Shown piece by piece: positions 1 through 9,330 of a DNA stretch of 61,085 bases (position 1 is its first letter; each line of letters opens with the position of its first letter). A model generated the notes under the pieces. The model was not told the DNA's origin. It ran no database searches and saw nothing but the letters and a program-made list of their open reading frames with translations. Both the position numbers and the translations under genes were made by a program. The DNA comes from Microcystaceae cyanobacterium (lineage in GTDB: Bacteria > Cyanobacteriota > Cyanobacteriia > Cyanobacteriales > Microcystaceae), in the NCBI GenBank assembly GCA_041746575.1, contig JBGTGT010000129.1, positions 1-61,085 on the forward strand, written 5' to 3'.

Positions 1-1
1 T

Positions 2-208
2 GGTATTGTCGGTTTAGCGTTAAATTTACGAGCTTATGACTTTGTTTCCCAAGAATTACGGGCGGCAGAAGACCCAGAGTTTGAAACGTTCTACACCAAG
101 AATATTCTTTTAAATGAAGGTCTGCGAGCTTGGATGGCTCCTCTAGACCAACCCCATCAAAACTTTATCTTCCCTGAAGAAGTATTACCTCGGGGTAATG
201 CTCTCTAA
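2..208 (+). CDS. psbD: Photosystem II D2 protein, 3' end (partial); stand-alone copy not followed by psbC
   Basis: Manual translation: [68 protein letters not shown], the D2 C-terminus; TAA at 206-208. Confidence 0.98.
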   Translation, partial: GIVGLALNLRAYDFVSQELRAAEDPEFETFYTKNILLNEGLRAWMAPLDQPHQNFIFPEEVLPRGNAL

Positions 209-263
209 GATTGAGAGTAGCCCGAAAAGATTCATATTCCTAATACTTGAATTCAAGTTGTTG

Positions 264-290
264 CCCCAGAATGGTATTTTCTGGGGTTTC
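264..290 (+). terminator. Intrinsic terminator after psbD
   Basis: CCCCAGAA-N7-TTCTGGGG stem followed by TTTC. Confidence 0.7.
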
Positions 291-428
291 ATGTTGTTTA
301 GTTAAGTTTTTTTGTAGTATTCAATATTCAAGTTTCTAATTGCTTACGCAGTCTAGGAAGAAATTTTAGGATGTAGAAATCATAAGAGTTTTCTTAACCT
401 AACAGAAGAGAGTTATTTTGTTGCGTAC

Positions 429-2126
429 CTATTTGAGACAATAAATCGTCACTTGAGAATGACCAATCAAAGAAAAAGGGAACAAATCATTCATTTTTAA
501 ATCAACTTGAAACTTTTTAAAGACTTCGGGCATAAACCATTGGGAGGACTGACGGAGAAAAATCTCATGAAAGGGGGGAAAAATAATAATACTTGTAAAT
601 TTATGATCAGCTAAATTAGAGGGTAAACGTAAGTAACTGTCAGCAAAATAAGCATCGGGATCAAGACTACTATAAATCGCTTCTGCTTCTTTAACTATAT
701 CAGTATAAAAATCGGTATCTTGGCTACCGTAAGACGCTAGATAAATCGACTTTCTATTGAGTTGATAAGCTAAAAATTTTCTTAGAGATAAACCAAATTC
801 AAAAAAAGATCGAGGATTGATAACGACTAAAATTGAATCATCTTTTTGCGTATTTTCAGCAATTAGGGTTAAAAGTTGATTAACTGCTATTCTTTGGGAA
901 GAATATTTTTGAAATTGAGGATAATTAATAAATATAAAGGAAAAAATAATAAAGATAATGAAGAAAAAAGATAGAAAACGAGCAAGAATCTTACTAGATT
1001 CACCAATAATTTTAAAATTAATAGCTAGCCAAAAAGCATAACCAATCAAAGCAGGAAGTAGATATCTTTCATAAATACTTGACTTAGCATAAATAACCAG
1101 TTGAGGAACAACAATAAGAGTCCATAAAATCAAGGAATCCTTCAATTTCTTAAATAAAAATTTCTTTTGAAATAGGGATAAACAAATTAAACAGAAGAGA
1201 AATATTAAAAGAATTATCCAAGGTATTTTTTGCGATAAAGCATAAAAAGTAGGGATGAATCGAGAAATATCAAAGCCAAAATTGTCAGCATAGCTAACGG
1301 TCAAACTTGTAGAATTTTTTAAGGATTGAATTACGCCTAAGCTAATCAGAAAAATTATAAAAATAAGCAAAGAAGAACTTAAAGATTTTTGAATTGCTTC
1401 TTTCCAAGTTAAAGATTGATAGTCGCAAAGTAGGATGATTTTAAAAAAAATAATTGCTGGTAAAATTAATATAAAATTTTCCTTACTAAGCGTCAATAGA
1501 ATAACACTCAACACTTGTAAAATATTAAAAAACAAACCTTGATGAGTTTGGTAAAATTTAGCACTCAAACAGGTCAAGTAAAAGACAACTGCTGCAAGCA
1601 AAGTACTTAAAGTTTCTGGCGTTCCCAATCGGTAGTAAATGGCAGATTGTTCTCCTAAACTTATCATAAATGCAAAACCAATAGCTATTAAAGGTTGCCA
1701 ATTCATCGCCAAACCGATTAAAAACCATAGCCAAGTGGTTAGAATTGCAATGAGCATATTTAAGGTCAACCATAACAGCGCATTCGTGTGAAATAACTGA
1801 ATTCTTAAAAGTTTGAAAAAAATCCACAATGGTCTAAATCTAATACCCTGAAATTCTTCTTTTATCCATTCTCGAAATGTTGTCCAAAATCCAGCGTCAT
1901 TTAACTGAGAATTAAATGTTATAATTTCATGATCATCAATTAGATGAAGTCCTTGAAAAGAGTGACTAAAGCCAAAAATACTGGTCCAAAAAATAATAAT
2001 GAGAAGCAAAGTACCATATAAAGCGAAACGAGAGGTTGACGGCGCAAGGGAATTGACTCCTAACAATATGTTTTTCATTTTTTTAGACAACCTAGGTAAA
2101 ACAAATGGTTTAATCAATTCAGCCAT
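429..2126 (-). CDS. Polytopic membrane protein, probable GT-C-fold glycosyltransferase
   Basis: Many hydrophobic segments; acidic DDHE in first loop followed by RFRP; LSKE and ERY motifs typical of GT-C/ArnT-like proteins; very AT-rich. Confidence 0.6.
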   Translation of the reverse strand: MAELIKPFVLPRLSKKMKNILLGVNSLAPSTSRFALYGTLLLIIIFWTSIFGFSHSFQGLHLIDDHEIITFNSQLNDAGFWTTFREWIKEEFQGIRFRPLWIFFKLLRIQLFHTNALLWLTLNMLIAILTTWLWFLIGLAMNWQPLIAIGFAFMISLGEQSAIYYRLGTPETLSTLLAAVVFYLTCLSAKFYQTHQGLFFNILQVLSVILLTLSKENFILILPAIIFFKIILLCDYQSLTWKEAIQKSLSSSLLIFIIFLISLGVIQSLKNSTSLTVSYADNFGFDISRFIPTFYALSQKIPWIILLIFLFCLICLSLFQKKFLFKKLKDSLILWTLIVVPQLVIYAKSSIYERYLLPALIGYAFWLAINFKIIGESSKILARFLSFFFIIFIIFSFIFINYPQFQKYSSQRIAVNQLLTLIAENTQKDDSILVVINPRSFFEFGLSLRKFLAYQLNRKSIYLASYGSQDTDFYTDIVKEAEAIYSSLDPDAYFADSYLRLPSNLADHKFTSIIIFPPFHEIFLRQSSQWFMPEVFKKFQVDLKMNDLFPFSLIGHSQVTIYCLK

Positions 2127-2341
2127 TCGGACAAGATTTCCTAAATATTATCTTAAGTAGGCAAGCAAAAATACGTTAATGTGTCATCAATCGAGCAAGA
2201 TATCTAAACGTTTTACCTTTGTCTATTCCCCTTTCTCAATTTCGGGTTGATTGACACGATTCCTTTATTGAGCGAAATCTCTACATCTTTTAAGATAGGG
2301 ATAGGCTTGATCTCTCTTGCCTCTGCTATGAGGAGTACGAT

Positions 2342-3106
2342 ATGAATTCTCCGGTTAATCCGTTTTCCGAATCCCTTACCTCGCCAACCAGCCAAACCCT
2401 AACGCCGATTTCCCAGCCGAATCATCCCCGTCAACATCGAGCAATTGGTCTAATTAAAGGGATCTTTCAGCGATTAGAAGGAAGGAAAAGCCACGGCAAA
2501 CTGATCACGGCTGATGGAACTGAAATAGAAGGGGTTTTTCTGGGAAAAATGTTTAGTTTACTGAAAAACCATCTGGATTTAACTCAGTCCCATTTGTGGG
2601 TTGTTTATCCCCGTACTTTGCCGAAGAATAACGAATTATATGTCCAAATAGCCGGAATTTGGGAACCTGACACGCTGAAGCCTTCTCAGACGGATTTAAA
2701 TGCTCCCGAGAACTTTCAGGATGGCTTTTTCTCTATTCGGGGGGAAGTCGTGTATGCTTCTCCCGCAAAAGAAGTTATTTTTGTTAAAATTCGTCAATCT
2801 CCTAAGAAGAAAGACAAGAAGACTAAGTTTTTTAAATTAAAATTGAGAGGGATTTTATCAGACAAACCCGTTGGGCATTTTTGGGATTTCACTGTACAGC
2901 AAGAACAGCATCAATTAAAAGTAAAATCAGCCGAAGATCTAGGTTATGCTTCTAAAGGTAAGCCATTTATTAAAAACCGTCAGCAAAAGCCTTTTTCTGC
3001 TTCTAAACCTCCAATTAGAGGTATCCGTAAGCCATCTCGTCCTGCTTCAGGTCAATTTTCCTTACCGAAACCGATGAAGAAGACTGAGGACACTAAAGAC
3101 ACCTAA
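2342..3106 (+). CDS. Conserved cyanobacterial hypothetical protein
   Basis: 254-aa ORF with RAIG, WVVYPRT, GIWEP, FSIRGEV blocks and basic Pro-rich tail. Confidence 0.75.
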   Translation: MNSPVNPFSESLTSPTSQTLTPISQPNHPRQHRAIGLIKGIFQRLEGRKSHGKLITADGTEIEGVFLGKMFSLLKNHLDLTQSHLWVVYPRTLPKNNELYVQIAGIWEPDTLKPSQTDLNAPENFQDGFFSIRGEVVYASPAKEVIFVKIRQSPKKKDKKTKFFKLKLRGILSDKPVGHFWDFTVQQEQHQLKVKSAEDLGYASKGKPFIKNRQQKPFSASKPPIRGIRKPSRPASGQFSLPKPMKKTEDTKDT

Positions 3107-3177
3107 TCGTCAGTAATGACTCTGCTTTTGGGCTTTTTGCCCAAAAAAAACACTTTCTATTTTTTAAATACATTCCT

Positions 3178-4839
3178 ATGAACTGTGATTCCCAGATTTG
3201 GCTTTATGATACAACCCTTAGAGATGGAGCGCAACGGGAAGGTATTTCCCTTTCTTTAGAAGACAAACTTAAAATTGCTCGAAAATTAGACCAAATTGGC
3301 ATTCCGTTTATTGAAGGGGGATGGCCGGGGGCTAATCCTAAAGATGTCACCTTTTTCTGGAAATTAAAAGAAAATCCTTTGACACAAGCAGAAGTCGTGG
3401 CGTTTTGTTCAACCCGTCGTCCCCACTGTTGTGCCGCCGAAGACCGAATGTTACAGGCACTTCTCAACGCAGAAACTCGATGGGTGACGATTTTTGGCAA
3501 ATCATGGGATTTACACGTCACCGAAGGGCTTAAAATCCCTTTAGAGGAGAATTTAGCGATGATTCGGGATACGATTGAATATCTACGTAGTCAAGGACGA
3601 CGGGTGATTTATGACGCAGAACATTGGTTCGACGGCTTCGATGCCAATCCTGATTATGCCGTAGAAACGCTTAAAACGGCTTTAAATGCTGGGGCGGAAT
3701 GGCTGGTTTTTTGCGATACTAACGGAGGCACGTTGCCCCACGAAATTCAGCAGAATGTACAAAGGGCTTTGCAAGTATTAGCGTCGGATTTGGCAGAAAA
3801 TACGGTTAAATTGGGCATTCATACCCACAATGATGCAGGAACGGCTGTAGCAAATGCTCTAATGGCTGTTCAATCGGGAATTCGCATGGTACAGGGAACG
3901 ATAAATGGTTACGGCGAACGGTGTGGCAATGCCAATCTTTGTACTTTGATCCCTAATTTACAGCTAAAAATGGGGTATCATTGTCTTGAAGATGAAAAAT
4001 TGAGCCAATTAACCTCTATTAGTCATTTGATTAGTGAAATTGTCAATTTAGCCCCTGATGATCACGCGCCCTTTGTAGGACGTTCCGCTTTTGCTCATAA
4101 AGGCGGCATTCACGTCTCAGCCGTACAACGAAATCCTATTACTTACGAACATATTGCACCAGAACAAGTAGGTAATGTCCGCCGCATTGTCATTTCTGAG
4201 CAGGCGGGTTTAAGTAATGTATTATCTAAAGCTCAATTATTTAATATTCCCTTAGCAAAGGAAGATGCCGCTTGTCGAGGAATTTTGGAGCGTTTGAAGG
4301 TTTTAGAGAAAGAAGGATACCAATTTGAAGCGGCTGAAGCTAGTTTTGAACTCTTAATGCGGCAAGTCTTAGGGCAACGTCCTACCTTTTTCCATTTAAA
4401 AGGGTTTCAGGTTCACTGTGATATGTTACAACGGGATGAAGCCAGTCAAGCTTTAGCGACAATTAAGGTGACGGTGAATGATCAAGATTTATTAGAAGTT
4501 GCTGAGGGAAATGGACCCGTTTCTGCCCTTGATAAGGCATTACGCAAAGCTTTAACCAATTTTTATCCTGAAATTGCTAATTTTCACTTACTCGATTATA
4601 AAGTCCGCATTTTGGACGGAACGGCTGGAACATCTGCGAAAACTCGGGTTTTAGTAGAATCGGGCAATGGTCATCAACGTTGGACAACGATTGGCGTTTC
4701 TTGTAATATTTTGGATGCGTCTTATGAAGCAGTCGTAGAAGGAATTGAATACGGTTTAATGTTGCAATCTACTATTCAATCGTTTTCATCCTTTTCTCCT
4801 CGCTCGATGGCTGAAACGAAGGTGACTCAAAACAGTTAA
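3178..4839 (+). CDS. cimA: Citramalate synthase (alpha-isopropylmalate/homocitrate synthase family)
   Basis: DTTLRDGAQ, IEGGWPGANPKD, GKSWDLHV, HTHND, GYGERCGNANL, HKGGIH, GNGPV regulatory domain. Confidence 0.93.
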   Translation: MNCDSQIWLYDTTLRDGAQREGISLSLEDKLKIARKLDQIGIPFIEGGWPGANPKDVTFFWKLKENPLTQAEVVAFCSTRRPHCCAAEDRMLQALLNAETRWVTIFGKSWDLHVTEGLKIPLEENLAMIRDTIEYLRSQGRRVIYDAEHWFDGFDANPDYAVETLKTALNAGAEWLVFCDTNGGTLPHEIQQNVQRALQVLASDLAENTVKLGIHTHNDAGTAVANALMAVQSGIRMVQGTINGYGERCGNANLCTLIPNLQLKMGYHCLEDEKLSQLTSISHLISEIVNLAPDDHAPFVGRSAFAHKGGIHVSAVQRNPITYEHIAPEQVGNVRRIVISEQAGLSNVLSKAQLFNIPLAKEDAACRGILERLKVLEKEGYQFEAAEASFELLMRQVLGQRPTFFHLKGFQVHCDMLQRDEASQALATIKVTVNDQDLLEVAEGNGPVSALDKALRKALTNFYPEIANFHLLDYKVRILDGTAGTSAKTRVLVESGNGHQRWTTIGVSCNILDASYEAVVEGIEYGLMLQSTIQSFSSFSPRSMAETKVTQNS

Positions 4840-4892
4840 CGCATTCTCAGTTATCTAAATTATCAATTATTTTTGAAAAAGGAATTAATAGC

Positions 4893-4988
4893 ATGATGGA
4901 TCTTATTTTGGCGGGTTTTGCCGCTCTCATTGTGATCGGGGGATTATGGATGTTATTCAGTGGGATGAGAGATATGGGGAATCAATGA
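4893..4988 (+). CDS. Putative 31-aa single-TM microprotein (not in ORF track)
   Basis: MMDLILAGFAALIVIGGLWMLFSGMRDMGNQ*; AAAGGA Shine-Dalgarno upstream; stop overlaps next ATG (ATGA). Confidence 0.6.
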   Translation: MMDLILAGFAALIVIGGLWMLFSGMRDMGNQ

Positions 4989-5473
4989 TACGGTATTATC
5001 AAAAATTGTTTTTAATAATTATAATGAACGCAATGAGTTTAGGGGGAATTCTTTGGGGTGATTTAGGGTATTTAGCCAGAATTTACGCCCAAGAACCGAT
5101 CACAACAGACACAATCGAGAATCTTCTTGTAGATGGGATGGAAAGAGGAATTAAAGGGGATTATCGAGGGGCAATTATCGTTTTTAACAAAGTGATTAAC
5201 CTTGACCCTAATGAAGTTGAAGCTTATTATAATCGAGGAATTGCTTATAAAATGCTAAAGCAATGGCAAAAAGCGATCGCTGATTTTGATCAAGTTTTGA
5301 CGATTCATTCTAGCTATGCAGACGCTTATGTTCAACGAAGCGGTATTTATCTTAATTTGAGTCAGAAAGAAAAAGCAATCACTGATTTAGAAATGGCAAT
5401 TCAGCTATTTGAGGCGCAAAATAATCCTGCGGCAGTTCAATGGGTTAAAAAAAAATTAACAGAATTAGATTAA
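4985..5473 (+). CDS. TPR-repeat protein with N-terminal hydrophobic segment
   Basis: EAYYNRGIAY, AIADFDQVL, ADAYVQR TPR motifs; start moved from 4946 to ATG at 4985. Confidence 0.85.
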   Translation: MIRYYQKLFLIIIMNAMSLGGILWGDLGYLARIYAQEPITTDTIENLLVDGMERGIKGDYRGAIIVFNKVINLDPNEVEAYYNRGIAYKMLKQWQKAIADFDQVLTIHSSYADAYVQRSGIYLNLSQKEKAITDLEMAIQLFEAQNNPAAVQWVKKKLTELD

Positions 5474-6496
5474 ATCGTTTAATAATTCGTCTGCGCCAAA
5501 TCTAACCACATCCGTACAAGGAAGCCCCGTTTCAGATTGTATATTTTCTATCGCTTTTTGAGCTTCTTGATCATCTAAATGAAAAGTATTTAAAGCGATC
5601 GCCTTAACCTTGGTAGAATGAAACGCACCCCCCGCCGTCGCAACGGTTTCATAAAGATGAATTACGTCTGATAAGGGAGGAATGGGAACCTTAGGAAGGT
5701 CACGAATATGGGTTTGTCCGGCACGATGGACTAAAATTAAACCTGTAGGTTGACTGCCGCGAATTAAGGGTAAAGTGGCTGTAGAGCCGGGGTGTAAGAG
5801 CGATCCTTGTCCTTCTATCCATAAAATATCCATATTCTCTGCATTACTGACGACTAATTGCTCTACTGCACCTGCCGCAAAATCCACCTGAATCGCATCT
5901 AAGGGAATGCCATCGCCACTGATCATCATTCCCCCTTGCCCTGTACCTAAAAATTTCGATTTAAGTCCTTTTTTGAGGGAAGAACGATTAAATTCTAAGC
6001 TAGTGGACATTTTACCCACTGACATATCCGTTCCCACGGTGAGAAATCGTTCAACGTTTAATTTCTGTGCTTTTGCTTTGCCAATTCTTACCACAGGAAT
6101 TTCGTGCCGTACATCCCACACCCATTGATGAGGGTTTAAATTTTCATAACGGGAAGATAAAGGAGTATGTAAACCGTTGACAATAGATAATCCTGATTTA
6201 ACAGCTAAATCAACCTCTTTTAACCATATATCGGGTAAAATACCTCCAGACGGAGCAATGCCAATTAATAAAACATCAGGATGATAAGATAATGCTTGTT
6301 CGATATTAGCGACAATGGGGATATTTTTGGCAATTTTAGCGACTTCTTGCAAGGATTTACCGGCAAAAGTTTGATCTATTATTGCTACAATTTCTGACTC
6401 TCCATAACGAAGATAAGCTAATCCCGTTTTACCCTGTGTTCCTAAAATTCCGTCATGGAGAAGAATAGCGACACGATGATTCGGCGTTAAGCGCAC
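5465..6496 (-). CDS. DUF1611 family P-loop protein (DgcN-like)
   Basis: GKTG, GIAPSGG, NGLH, VGTDMSVGKMSTS, TGQ, EGQGSL.HP motifs; GTG start with AGGAG RBS. Confidence 0.9.
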   Translation of the reverse strand: MRLTPNHRVAILLHDGILGTQGKTGLAYLRYGESEIVAIIDQTFAGKSLQEVAKIAKNIPIVANIEQALSYHPDVLLIGIAPSGGILPDIWLKEVDLAVKSGLSIVNGLHTPLSSRYENLNPHQWVWDVRHEIPVVRIGKAKAQKLNVERFLTVGTDMSVGKMSTSLEFNRSSLKKGLKSKFLGTGQGGMMISGDGIPLDAIQVDFAAGAVEQLVVSNAENMDILWIEGQGSLLHPGSTATLPLIRGSQPTGLILVHRAGQTHIRDLPKVPIPPLSDVIHLYETVATAGGAFHSTKVKAIALNTFHLDDQEAQKAIENIQSETGLPCTDVVRFGADELLNDLI

Positions 6497-6684
6497 AGCA
6501 AGGGACTCCTTAATCAGGAAACTTACCCATGATTATAGCTGAAGACACCTAAGACCGAATCCTGCTTTATTATTCGGTAATAATCGTCCTTTTTTTTAAT
6601 AAACCTGTAAAAGTACCATTCCTTAAAATTTCAAAATTGTGCTTTAGGTTAAGTTTAGAGGAATTGCTTAGATTTAAAAACAAT

Positions 6685-7602
6685 TTAGCTGACGTTGGTG
6701 GGTTCTTTTTTGAGAGAATGAGAGCGCTTTACTTTGCGTTTTAGGGTTACACCTGCGCCGAGAATTCCAAGGGAGAGTAAGGTTAAGGTTGAGGTGGGTT
6801 CGGGAACGGGTTCTTCATGTTCTCCAATGAAATCAGAGCTAAAACCAGATACTTGACCCACTGAAGTTCCTTGAAACAGAATGTAACCTGGTTGTTCAGG
6901 TAGATTATCGAGCGTAAAACTTATACTGCTATTAATAGGTATTTCAAAACTCCCAGGTATTAATATAAAATCAGGCAAAGTAAAAGGAATCAATTCATCT
7001 TGTGGAGTTTTTTCTGGTTTATAGGACCATGATAAATTAGTGATATTGAGTGCTTCCTCAGTAGAACTATTAAATAAAGTTAAATCAACTGAGGGAGAGT
7101 GTCTATCAGATACATCAAATCCAACGAATACTGGATTTCCTCCTAATGCTGGTGACAAGTCTATTCTCATACCATTGTTAGTATAGTAAGGATCGACGGG
7201 TCTTAAGCGATTTTCTTCTTCAAGATTATATTCCACACTTAAAACCAACATTTGTCCTGCTATTCCTTCTGTATTACAATTGCCTAAATAAATGCTATCC
7301 ATGCCATTAGGAAAATCGTCTGGGGGAACATCAGGTGGTATCATCACTGGCGGTTGAGGTGGACATATACCACCTATATTAATGATTCCTCCTAAAGTAG
7401 GTCTTGAATCTATAATTGGTATTCCCAATATTTCAGTATCAGTTTTTATTTGTACATGAAAATCATTCCAGGTGACTCCAGCAGGAGGAGCAGTCCACTT
7501 CCAAGTTTGTCGGGCAGTGAAAGCATCAGCCGAGTTAAATGCTACTAATGAAGGTAGCCAAATTCCTACACATAAAGCTGTTATTCTAAGTTTTTGTATC
7601 AT
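6685..7602 (-). CDS. PEP-CTERM sorting-signal surface protein
   Basis: Signal peptide (MIQKLRITALCVGIWLPSLVAFNSADA); C-terminal VPEPTSTLTLLSLGILGAGVTLKRKVKR; ATG at 7602 preferred to 7653. Confidence 0.9.
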   Translation of the reverse strand: MIQKLRITALCVGIWLPSLVAFNSADAFTARQTWKWTAPPAGVTWNDFHVQIKTDTEILGIPIIDSRPTLGGIINIGGICPPQPPVMIPPDVPPDDFPNGMDSIYLGNCNTEGIAGQMLVLSVEYNLEEENRLRPVDPYYTNNGMRIDLSPALGGNPVFVGFDVSDRHSPSVDLTLFNSSTEEALNITNLSWSYKPEKTPQDELIPFTLPDFILIPGSFEIPINSSISFTLDNLPEQPGYILFQGTSVGQVSGFSSDFIGEHEEPVPEPTSTLTLLSLGILGAGVTLKRKVKRSHSLKKEPTNVS

Positions 7603-7755
7603 GTTTCTTGAATTAGTTTTAGAAAAAATCTGTCTAAAATCTAACCAAATCACAATTAACTTTCAAGACCCAAAAAAGCCATATTAAGAAACTTAAAGTC
7701 CGTAAATTTAGATTCTGCGCTATAATGTCAAGCAATTCTGACTTAAGCTAATGCT

Positions 7756-8241
7756 ATGAATTCATCTGATGCTCAATCATTGATAGTAACCATTGATGAA
7801 CTCATCTTTTCTCATACAGGAGAACATTTAGATGATCTTCAGTTTGAAATATTAGAGGGAGTTATTGATCATCAGAAATATGCGGAAATTGCTCAAAAGA
7901 ATAATCGCTCTCAGAAATATGTCAAGGAAACAGCAGGTAAACTATGGAAAACCTTATCGGAAATTTTAGGCGAAGAAGTTAATAAAGCAAATCTAAAATC
8001 TAGTATTCAAAGATATTATTATTCTAATTTTTCTAATGTCGTTAATAGTATTCAAATTAATAGAGGCAATATCTGTGCAGGTTTGCCAGAAAGTGAACTA
8101 AAATTATCTAATCTTGCTCAAGAAGCTAAACTTGAAATCGCTACAGAATTAATCAAAGAAGGCTTAACCATTAAACAAATTGCTAAAGTTCTAAAACTCC
8201 CTGTAGAATTAGTGGAAGCGCAAATTGAAAAATTAGAGTGA
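7756..8241 (+). CDS. Small protein with N-terminal HTH (type found before cyanobacterial NB-ARC/AAA domains) and C-terminal Rpn-tail-like HTH
   Basis: HLDDLQ..IL.G....KY.EIA......YVKE....LWK.LS..LGE.V.K.N; tail AKLEIATELIKEGLTIKQIAKVLKLPVELV. Confidence 0.65.
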   Translation: MNSSDAQSLIVTIDELIFSHTGEHLDDLQFEILEGVIDHQKYAEIAQKNNRSQKYVKETAGKLWKTLSEILGEEVNKANLKSSIQRYYYSNFSNVVNSIQINRGNICAGLPESELKLSNLAQEAKLEIATELIKEGLTIKQIAKVLKLPVELVEAQIEKLE

Positions 8242-8332
8242 TTGATTCTTTTTGGAATGGTATATTTAAAGACTGATGCAGATACTAGGGGATGAGTGTT
8301 CTTGTTAATAGTAACTAATAGGAGTTTAAACC

Positions 8333-8653
8333 ATGCCAGCGGTAACGGAGAATGACCTGAAAAGATTAGAAGATTTGATGACTCAAATGGGAAATAATTT
8401 AAGTAATCAAATGCAAACTTTAGGAGAAGGGCAAAAATCCTGAGAAATTGGACAAGCTAAAATCGAAGCTCGTTTAGATAAGTGGAAACCATCTATTAAC
8501 AAGATTTCGGACTTAGCCGAAAAAGTAGGAGAACTCAAAAACTGGAAACAAATAGGATTGGTGGTAGTTACGGCTGGTATCAGTTCGATTTTTAGTGGCA
8601 CGATAGGTGGTGTCATTGGTTGGTTAATTCGCGGGGATAATCTCAGACCATGA
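8333..8653 (+). pseudogene. Coiled-coil + C-terminal TM small protein interrupted by in-frame TGA
   Basis: AGGAG RBS; MPAVTENDLKRLEDL...GEGQKS*EIGQAKIEARLDKWKPSINKISDLAEKVGELKNWKQIGLVVVTAGISSIFSGTIGGVIGWLIRGDNLRP*; internal TGA 8441-8443, frame continues to 8653. Confidence 0.75.
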
Positions 8654-8670
8654 TGAACACCGAAGAAGTT

Positions 8671-9249
8671 TTAACTGATATCAAGTCTGGGAACTTTGTG
8701 ATAAATCTCCTCCAAAGAGCCAAGATAATTAACACTTTTAAATGCTACCTCATTCCCTATTTCATAAACGTGTTCTGTCCAAATACCTGATTCGTCACGA
8801 CGATAACATTCTATTTTTAGTTGATCTTGGTGAACGAGAATATATTCTTGTAAAGTGCAACAGGTTTGATAGTCAGTGAATTTATCGCCTCGATCAAAAG
8901 CTTCAGTAGATTTTGATAAGATCTCTATGACTAAAATGGGATAAAGAATAAAATCCTCAGTGTTATTAATCTCTTTCTCATCACAGACTACGGCAACATC
9001 AGGATAGTAATAACAATTTGCTTCTTCCAATCTAACTTTAATATCTGAGGTGAGAACCAAACAGGGACTATCATCTAAATGATTTCCTAATATTTTTACT
9101 AAATTACTGGCTAAAACCAGATGAGGCTTTTTTGCTCCCACCATTGCATAAACTTGTCCCTTTCGATATTCATGCTTGATAGGACTCACTCTTTCTCCCT
9201 CTAAATACAATTCTGGAGAAATATAAAAAAATTGGCGATGAGTTACCAT
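8671..9249 (-). CDS. Uma2 family (DUF820) endonuclease-fold protein
   Basis: KHEY..GQVYAM, YYYPDVAVVCD, P.LVIEILSKSTEAFDRGDKF..Y, LQEYILV. Confidence 0.93.
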   Translation of the reverse strand: MVTHRQFFYISPELYLEGERVSPIKHEYRKGQVYAMVGAKKPHLVLASNLVKILGNHLDDSPCLVLTSDIKVRLEEANCYYYPDVAVVCDEKEINNTEDFILYPILVIEILSKSTEAFDRGDKFTDYQTCCTLQEYILVHQDQLKIECYRRDESGIWTEHVYEIGNEVAFKSVNYLGSLEEIYHKVPRLDIS

Positions 9250-9330
9250 AATTGAGATCGTCGTCTGAAAATCTTAAAAGAATTGCCTTTCTTGTCAATT
9301 TTAACATTATTCCCTTGTTAGCGATCGCTT

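Noticed and set aside
198..305. Short ORF in the psbC frame overlapping the psbD end
   Set aside because: [12 protein letters not shown]... has no CP43 similarity and runs through the terminator.
8407..8616. 69-aa minus-strand ORF from the track
   Set aside because: Antisense shadow of the plus-strand interrupted gene at 8333-8653.
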